Positions 58,076-64,000 of a stretch of DNA of 64,000 nucleotides are shown here, in pieces. Source of the stretch: Clostridia bacterium (GTDB taxonomy: Bacteria; Bacillota; Clostridia; Oscillospirales; Acutalibacteraceae); the NCBI GenBank assembly GCA_017513245.1, contig JAFXGK010000014.1, forward strand, positions 25,197-89,196. The letters run 5' to 3'. Numbering within the stretch: position 1 is the stretch's first letter; each line of letters begins with the position of its first letter. The notes under the pieces are model-generated. The model was not told the origin of the DNA. It searched no databases and saw only the letters and a list, made by a program, of their open reading frames with translations. Both the position numbers and the translations under genes were made by a program.

Positions 58076-59161
58076 ATGTCAAACCGCCTGTTCCAGAGTG
58101 TAGTTCATCAGATGCGTGACGCAGTTGACAGAACTATCGGAGTAATAGACGAAACATACACCGTTGTTGCTTGCAGTGATTTAGGTAAAATCGGTGAAAA
58201 TCTTGAGGTAAGTCTTATGCACGGCGCCGCCGAAAGCGAACCCTTTGTAAGCGGCAGATATACTTATAAGCCTTTTGGCACTCCTCAGCATCCCGAATAT
58301 ATGATTTTTGTCGAGGGAACCGACGTTGAGGCTGCTCGTTACTGCTCAATCTTGGCAGTTTCGCTTGCCAGCATTAAGTTCTACTATGATGAGAACTATG
58401 ACCGCGGCAACTTTATTAAAAACATAATCCTTGATAATATTCTTCCCGGCGATATTTACCTAAAGGCAAGAGAACTTCGCTTCAACAGTGACGTTACACG
58501 TACTGTTTTGCTTATCCGTGTTGCCAGCAAGAATGACGTATCGGTATACGACATCATCGGCAACCTTTTCCCCGACAAGACCAAGGATTTCGTCATCAAC
58601 ATAAGCGAAACTGATATTGCCCTCGTTAAGGAGACCAAGCAGGGCGTAAGCAGTGAGACCATCACAAAGCTTGCAAACTCTATTGTTGATACTCTTTCGG
58701 GTGAGTTCTATACTCAGGTATCGGTTGGTATCGGTACTACCGTTTCCAGCCTTAAGGACCTTGCACGTTCTTTTAAGGAAGCACAGGTTTCTCTTGAGGT
58801 TGGTAAGGTGTTTGATACCGAAAAGTCTATCGTTTCTTATGATAACCTCGGTATTGCAAGACTTATTTACCAGCTTCCCACAACCCTTTGCGAAACCTTC
58901 CTTCGTGAGGTATTCAAAAAAGGTTCTATCGACAGTCTTGACCAGGAAACTCTCTTTACAATTCAGCGTTTCTTCGAAAACAACCTTAACGTTTCCGAAA
59001 CCTCGAGAAAGCTTTTTGTTCACAGAAACACCCTGGTTTACAGACTTGAAAAAATCAGAAAGATTACAGGCCTTGACCTTCGCGAATTTGACCACGCAAT
59101 AGTATTTAAGATTGCTCTTATGGTTAAAAAGTACCTTAAGTCCAACCCCGTAAAGTATTAA
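58076..59161 (+). CDS. PucR/CdaR-family transcriptional regulator
   Basis: The C-terminal HTH NLNVSETSRKLFVHRNTLVYRLEKIRKITGLD is typical of the PucR C-terminal domain. Confidence 0.8.
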   Translation: MSNRLFQSVVHQMRDAVDRTIGVIDETYTVVACSDLGKIGENLEVSLMHGAAESEPFVSGRYTYKPFGTPQHPEYMIFVEGTDVEAARYCSILAVSLASIKFYYDENYDRGNFIKNIILDNILPGDIYLKARELRFNSDVTRTVLLIRVASKNDVSVYDIIGNLFPDKTKDFVINISETDIALVKETKQGVSSETITKLANSIVDTLSGEFYTQVSVGIGTTVSSLKDLARSFKEAQVSLEVGKVFDTEKSIVSYDNLGIARLIYQLPTTLCETFLREVFKKGSIDSLDQETLFTIQRFFENNLNVSETSRKLFVHRNTLVYRLEKIRKITGLDLREFDHAIVFKIALMVKKYLKSNPVKY

Positions 59162-59169
59162 AGAAATGA

Positions 59170-59895
59170 GTGAGAGTTATTAATACCAATACACAAGTCC
59201 CCGGTTACGAGCAGCCGCTTATCGAATTCCGCGGCGTATCCAAGACGTATATCGGCGGCACACATGCTCTTTCAGACGTTAATTTAAAGATAAATAAGGG
59301 CGAGTTTGTGTTTGTTGTAGGTTCTTCCGGCGCAGGTAAGAGTACCTTTATGAAGTTAATTATGCGTGAGGAAAAGGCTAATGTCGGCGAGGTTATAGTC
59401 AACGGCTACAACCTCTCTACAATGAAACGCAAGCAGGTTCCAATGCTTAGAAGAACGATGGGAATCGTTTTCCAGGATTTCCGTCTTATCCCCAATATGA
59501 ACGTTTTTGAAAACGTTGCATTTGCTATGCACGTTGTAGGTGCAGGCAGCCGCAAAATCAGAAAAGAGGTTTCCCGTGCGCTTGCTAAGGTGGGCCTCGG
59601 TCATAAGGCGCGCTCAATGCCCGACGAACTTTCGGGCGGTGAGCAGCAGCGCGTTGGTCTTGCCCGCGCACTGGTAAATGCTCCTGACCTCATAATTGCG
59701 GACGAGCCTACCGGAAACGTCGACCCCAATATGTCTTATGAAATCGTTGGTCTTCTTGACGAAATCAATAAGCGCGGTACCACCATCCTTATGGTAACGC
59801 ATGACCACAACCTCGTTCGCGACTTCAACCATCGTGTAATTATGCTCGACGGCGGTAAGATCGTGGCCGACAATGCGGAGGGTAGCGCACTATGA
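59170..59895 (+). CDS. ftsE: cell division ATP-binding protein FtsE
   Basis: GSSGAGKST, LSGGEQQRVGLARA and IIADEPTGNVD motifs. The GTG start is uncertain because the RBS is weak. Confidence 0.9.
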   Translation: MRVINTNTQVPGYEQPLIEFRGVSKTYIGGTHALSDVNLKINKGEFVFVVGSSGAGKSTFMKLIMREEKANVGEVIVNGYNLSTMKRKQVPMLRRTMGIVFQDFRLIPNMNVFENVAFAMHVVGAGSRKIRKEVSRALAKVGLGHKARSMPDELSGGEQQRVGLARALVNAPDLIIADEPTGNVDPNMSYEIVGLLDEINKRGTTILMVTHDHNLVRDFNHRVIMLDGGKIVADNAEGSAL

Positions 59896-60878
59896 AAGCA
59901 AGAAGTATAAAATATCTTACCGGCGAGGGTATAAAAAACGTTTGGGTTAATCGCCTTATGTCGATAGCCTCTGTCGGCGTGCTTATGGCATGTATGGTGC
60001 TTATCGGTATTGCGGTGATCATCGGCCAAAACGTTAACCGCGCCATGGTAGGTCTTGAAAAACAGAACGTAGTTATGGTGTATTTCAACGACTATAACTC
60101 GGTTATGTACCCCATCGATTTTGATGCCGATGATGAAATGATCGACCCCTCAACCATCACCGACGATATGTACGTCGTGCACAATGATGAAGAGGGTAAA
60201 GCGGTTGCAGAAAAAATCGAAAAACTCGATAATATTGCCGAAGTGGAGTATTTCACCAAAGAGGAGGATATGCAGCGCTTCGAGGATAAGAAAATCAGCA
60301 ATATTACCGATGACGTAAACTTCTGTTCCTGCGGCGCAAAGGTGACGCTTAAAGACCTTTCGCGTTTTGACGAAACCATTGAAGGTATAGAAAAGGTTGA
60401 AGGCGTTTATCACATTTCTTCCAGTGATGAAACTGCCGAAATCATTTCCGCCATCAAAGACGGTCTCGGAACAGCCGGCATATGGATTATTGCCATTCTG
60501 CTTATAATTTCGCTCGTAATCGTTTGTAACACAATAAGAGTTACTATGTATAACCGAAAGCTGGAAATCAGCATAATGAAGGCCGTAGGCGCAACCGACG
60601 CATTCGTACGCTTGCCCTTCGTTGTTGAGGGTATCTTGCTCGGATTAATTTCGGCAATACTTTCGGAGGTTGTTGTTTACTTCTGCTACAGAGTAATGCT
60701 CGAAACCTTCATCCCGTCTATAATGGGTGCAACGATGCCCGTTTCTTTTGCCTCTGCCGCACTGCCGATATTCGGCCTTTTCGTGGCCATCGGCGTAGTT
60801 TCGGGTGTTATAGGCAGTGTTATTATGATCAGCAAATATTTAAGACGAGAAGGCAGCGAATTCAAGGCTTATAATTAA
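59892..60878 (+). CDS. ftsX: cell division permease FtsX
   Basis: TM1, a large extracellular loop, and three C-terminal TM helices with KAVGATDAFVRLPF. 4-bp overlap with ftsE. Confidence 0.9.
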   Translation: MKARSIKYLTGEGIKNVWVNRLMSIASVGVLMACMVLIGIAVIIGQNVNRAMVGLEKQNVVMVYFNDYNSVMYPIDFDADDEMIDPSTITDDMYVVHNDEEGKAVAEKIEKLDNIAEVEYFTKEEDMQRFEDKKISNITDDVNFCSCGAKVTLKDLSRFDETIEGIEKVEGVYHISSSDETAEIISAIKDGLGTAGIWIIAILLIISLVIVCNTIRVTMYNRKLEISIMKAVGATDAFVRLPFVVEGILLGLISAILSEVVVYFCYRVMLETFIPSIMGATMPVSFASAALPIFGLFVAIGVVSGVIGSVIMISKYLRREGSEFKAYN

Positions 60879-60891
60879 CGGAGGTATATTT

Positions 60892-62103
60892 GTGAAACTA
60901 CTCAAATACAGACGGGCTGCGGTCGCATTCCTTTTGTGTTGTCTTATGGCGTTTACCTGTTGCTTAACCGAAGCGCCTGTTGTCGAGGCAAAATCAAAGG
61001 ATCAGATCAACGCTCAGATATCTGAATTAGAGAAAAAGTCCAAAGAACTTGAAAAAGAAATTGCTGCGCTTAAATCGCAAAAGGCGGAGCAGAATAAGAT
61101 TAAGTCTGCAATTGAGAAACAGATTTCCAATACCCAACAGCAGATAAATCTTTGCAACACCAGAATCCAGCAATTCAACGATGAAATAAAAGCCAACGAG
61201 GCAGAAATCGCAGCTCTTGAGGCCGATAAGACAAAGAAAATGTACGTTTATCGTTGTCGTATGCGCTCGATTCATATGAACAACGAAAACACCACGTTAC
61301 GCGTCCTTATGGGCCCCGAAGAATTTTCCGAATACCTTGCTCTTATCAAGTTTTCTAAAACCATGTCGGTATACAACAAGCGAATAATCGACGAGATTAT
61401 TGCTACTCAAAACAGTATCGATGCCAAGCGCGCCGATATTGACGCTAAGATTGCCGAGCAGGATGAGCTTAAGAAAACCATGGCCGCGAAAAAGGCCGAG
61501 CTCGATAAGCAGGTTAAATCGGTAAACGCCGTTATTTCTGAGATTAATGCCGACCAAAAGGACGTTCAAAACGAAAATAAGCAAATCGAAAAAGAAATAG
61601 CAGCCCTAGAGGCAGAGCTTGCTCCGTACATCAATATTAATACCGGCACCGTATATGACGGTAGCGCATTTACCTGGCCCGTACCCGGTCATTATAAAAT
61701 AACCTCGGGTTTTGATAGGCGTTGGGGTACCTGGCACAAGGGTATCGATATTTCGGACGGAAACGTTTATATGGCTCCGATTGTAGCTCCTGCTGACGGT
61801 GTTGTTGTTAAAGCGTACAATTCCTGCAAGCACAACTACGGCAAAAAACGCAGCTGCGGTTGCGGAAGCGGCTGGGGTAATCATATAATGATTGACCACG
61901 GTAACAACAATGGTAATAACTATAAGTCTTTGGCCGGTCATATGACCAAAACGGCCGTATCTTCAGGCCAGCGCGTAAAGAAGGGCCAGGTAATCGGTTA
62001 CGTTGGTTCTACCGGTTATTCAACAGGTTGGCATTGCCACTTTGAGATTTATCTCAATGGTACCCGTGTTGACCCGATGAAATACTATAATAAGGTAAAA
62101 TAA
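60892..62103 (+). CDS. secreted coiled-coil M23 metallopeptidase (EnvC/PcsB-like partner of FtsEX)
   Basis: A signal peptide, ~220 aa of heptad-rich coiled coil, and a C-terminal LytM domain (HKGIDI...GSTGYSTGWHCHFEI). Confidence 0.85.
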   Translation: MKLLKYRRAAVAFLLCCLMAFTCCLTEAPVVEAKSKDQINAQISELEKKSKELEKEIAALKSQKAEQNKIKSAIEKQISNTQQQINLCNTRIQQFNDEIKANEAEIAALEADKTKKMYVYRCRMRSIHMNNENTTLRVLMGPEEFSEYLALIKFSKTMSVYNKRIIDEIIATQNSIDAKRADIDAKIAEQDELKKTMAAKKAELDKQVKSVNAVISEINADQKDVQNENKQIEKEIAALEAELAPYININTGTVYDGSAFTWPVPGHYKITSGFDRRWGTWHKGIDISDGNVYMAPIVAPADGVVVKAYNSCKHNYGKKRSCGCGSGWGNHIMIDHGNNNGNNYKSLAGHMTKTAVSSGQRVKKGQVIGYVGSTGYSTGWHCHFEIYLNGTRVDPMKYYNKVK

Positions 62104-62106
62104 ACA

Positions 62107-62134
62107 AAAGGGCATCATTGCCCTTTTTGTTTTA
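62107..62134 (+). terminator. intrinsic terminator
   Basis: aaagggca-tcat-tgcccttt followed by TTGTTTT. Confidence 0.7.
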
Positions 62135-62145
62135 GAGGTTTTAAA

Positions 62146-63309
62146 TTGAACAGAAAGTTTTCACTGAGAAGCATAATTTTAATAGGTCTGGCGGGCTTGC
62201 TTGCGGGCGTAGTTTTGGCGGGAGTAGTGACGTATGCCCTTATGGGCGATATGGCCAAAACCTTTATAAAACTTTCGGAAATTGACTTTTTTGTTGATCG
62301 CTATTTTTACGGCGAGGTTGACTCTGAGAAACTTGAAAAAGCAATTTGCGAGGGTTATGTTGAAGCGCTGGACGATAAATACGCCAAATATCTGGCAGCC
62401 GAGGATGCCGCAGTTAATTTCGACCACCTTGAGGGAAATCGAAGCGGCATAGGCGTTACAGTTGTAAAACACCCCGATAACGACTGCATTTATGTTGTAG
62501 ACGTGAGCGAGAATGGCCCGGCACATAAGGTGGGCATTCGCGCAGGCGACGTTATTTCAAAGGTTGGCGATGTTGCAGTAACGGAAGAAACCTATATAAA
62601 ATGCGTCGATATGCTGATAGGCGAAATAGGGGATACCATTAGCGTAACACGCCTTTCTGACGGCAAAAAGCTCGATATAATCGTCGATAAGTTTGAGGTG
62701 CAGTCGGTATTTTACCGTATGATTGGCGACTATGCTTATATTAGGATTTCGGCATTTAGCGATAACTCGGTCGAACAGTTTAAAAACGCCTTAAACAAAG
62801 CGCAGGACAGTAACGCTAAGGGACTGATTTTCGATGTTACGGGCAACGGCGGCGGAACGGTCGACTCGGTAGCCGAAATATTGGATATGTTGCTTCCTGA
62901 GGGCGAAATTATGTCGGTTAAGTATGCTAACGGCGCGAGTGAAGTGCTCCACCGTTCGGACAAAGAAGAGGTAGATTTGCCTATGGTAGTCCTCACCGAT
63001 AAATTTACAGCCAGCGCCGCCGAGCTCTTTTCAATATCAATACGTGATTACGATAAGGGAGTGCTCATCGGTCAGCCGACCTACGGCAAGGGCGTAATGC
63101 AAACGACCTACCGCCTTGATGACGGCTCGTCGATCAAGTTTACGGTTGCGCAGTTCTTCTCAAAAAGCAAAACCGATTTCAGAAAAGACGGTATAATCCC
63201 CGATGAGGAATTCAGCCTCAGCGAGTACGAGCAGAAGTATTTTTATCTGCTCGGGGACGACGAAAATCCGTACATTCAAAGGGCAATCAAATACCTAAAC
63301 GAGCAATAA
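62146..63309 (+). CDS. S41 carboxy-terminal processing peptidase with a PDZ domain
   Basis: TM anchor, PDZ (GPAHKVGIRAGDVI), catalytic region FTASAAELFS and GQPTYGKG. TTG start. Confidence 0.88.
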   Translation: MNRKFSLRSIILIGLAGLLAGVVLAGVVTYALMGDMAKTFIKLSEIDFFVDRYFYGEVDSEKLEKAICEGYVEALDDKYAKYLAAEDAAVNFDHLEGNRSGIGVTVVKHPDNDCIYVVDVSENGPAHKVGIRAGDVISKVGDVAVTEETYIKCVDMLIGEIGDTISVTRLSDGKKLDIIVDKFEVQSVFYRMIGDYAYIRISAFSDNSVEQFKNALNKAQDSNAKGLIFDVTGNGGGTVDSVAEILDMLLPEGEIMSVKYANGASEVLHRSDKEEVDLPMVVLTDKFTASAAELFSISIRDYDKGVLIGQPTYGKGVMQTTYRLDDGSSIKFTVAQFFSKSKTDFRKDGIIPDEEFSLSEYEQKYFYLLGDDENPYIQRAIKYLNEQ

Positions 63310-63310
63310 A

Positions 63311-63344
63311 AAAGGGCTTGCAGGAATTAACCTGCAAGCCTTTT
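63311..63344. terminator. bidirectional terminator between the convergent ctp-like and nagB genes
   Basis: ggcttgcagg-aattaa-cctgcaagcc 10-bp perfect stem flanked by A- and T-runs. Confidence 0.8.
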
Positions 63345-63347
63345 ATT

Positions 63348-64000
63348 TTACTGACATTCAATAACCGTAAGGTCGGGATGAAGCTGAAGAATCGAAGCAG
63401 GAACGTTGGGGGTAATGGGTCCGTAAAGGGCCTTTTTAAGGATTTCCTGCTTATCCTTGCCGGAAGCGACAAGTAAAACCTTTTTTGCGTTCATAATCGA
63501 CTTCATACCCATAGTAATGGCCGACTTCGGAACGTCGTCATAGCTTGCGAAGAAGCGGGAGTTAGCCTCGATTGTGCTCTTGCCAAGTTCTACAATGTGT
63601 GTAGCCTTGGTGTACTTGTCATCGGGCTCGTTAAAGCCGATATGACCGTTGTGACCGATACCGAGCAACTGAAGGTCGATTCCGCCAAGTTCTTCAATAA
63701 GGCGGTCGTATCTTTCGCACTCTGCCTCAGGGTCCTCAGCGATGCCGCTGGGAACGTTGGTTTTATCCTTATTGATGTTTACGTGGTCGAAAAGGTTGGT
63801 GTTCATGAAGTAGCGGTAACTCTGGTCGTTATCGGGGGTGAGACCGCAATACTCGTCAAGGTTAACGGAGGTAACCTCGGAAAAATCAAGATCTCCGTTC
63901 TCGTAGCGGGCAATAAGCTCTTTGTATGCGCCGATCGGGGTAGAACCCGTTGCGAGACCCAAAACGCAGTTGGGCTTGGAAATAATCTGCGCACCAATTA
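63348..64000 (-). CDS. nagB: glucosamine-6-phosphate deaminase (N-terminus lies outside the window)
   Basis: [17 protein letters not shown] and [13 protein letters not shown] motifs. The frame stays open to base 64000 (..[18 protein letters not shown]). Confidence 0.9.
   Translation of the reverse strand, partial: IGAQIISKPNCVLGLATGSTPIGAYKELIARYENGDLDFSEVTSVNLDEYCGLTPDNDQSYRYFMNTNLFDHVNINKDKTNVPSGIAEDPEAECERYDRLIEELGGIDLQLLGIGHNGHIGFNEPDDKYTKATHIVELGKSTIEANSRFFASYDDVPKSAITMGMKSIMNAKKVLLVASGKDKQEILKKALYGPITPNVPASILQLHPDLTVIECQ

Overview
The window reads as a chromosomal segment from a Gram-positive anaerobe. The taxonomic guess rests on AGGAGG-type ribosome-binding sites (RBSs), TTGACA-17-TATAAT promoters and Clostridia/Bacillus-like gene order, and no species can be assigned from the sequence alone. 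I support about 55 protein genes, mostly housekeeping genes on the + strand: the dnaE 3' end, pfkA, RNase J, rplI, dnaB, tilS, hpt, ftsH, serC-serA, infC-rpmI-rplT, dprA-topA-trmFO, plsX, rnc, smc, ftsY, rdgB, yhbY-nadD-yqeK-rsfS-leuS, rpsU, efp, ispD-ispF, ftsE-ftsX-M23-ctp and the nagB 3' part. I saw no rRNA, tRNA, CRISPR array, transposase or integrase. Three regions are not ordinary. (1) At 2.5-13 kb, a minus-strand operon encodes a glycyl-radical-enzyme activase, an unassigned glycyl radical enzyme (GRE), an FGGY sugar kinase and a PMI-type cupin. It sits beside an 814-aa orphan glycosidase-like protein and a divergent ROK regulator plus SGNH esterase, and is a candidate novel anaerobic carbohydrate or polyol pathway. 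(2) At 13.95-17.3 kb, a visibly AT-rich island carries a HelD/UvrD-like SF1 ATPase. Its N-terminus is 42 tandem G-[YF]-[DN]-x-x pentapeptides encoded with a 165-bp higher-order repeat, and a small orphan basic protein is transcribed divergently from it. (3) At 28.8-29.4 kb, a 650-bp ORF-free spacer holds an array of short GC-rich hairpins separated by GTGATAT/ATATCAC heptamers in two opposed orientations (REP/BIME-like). All functional calls come from motif recognition by eye, and no database search was possible.
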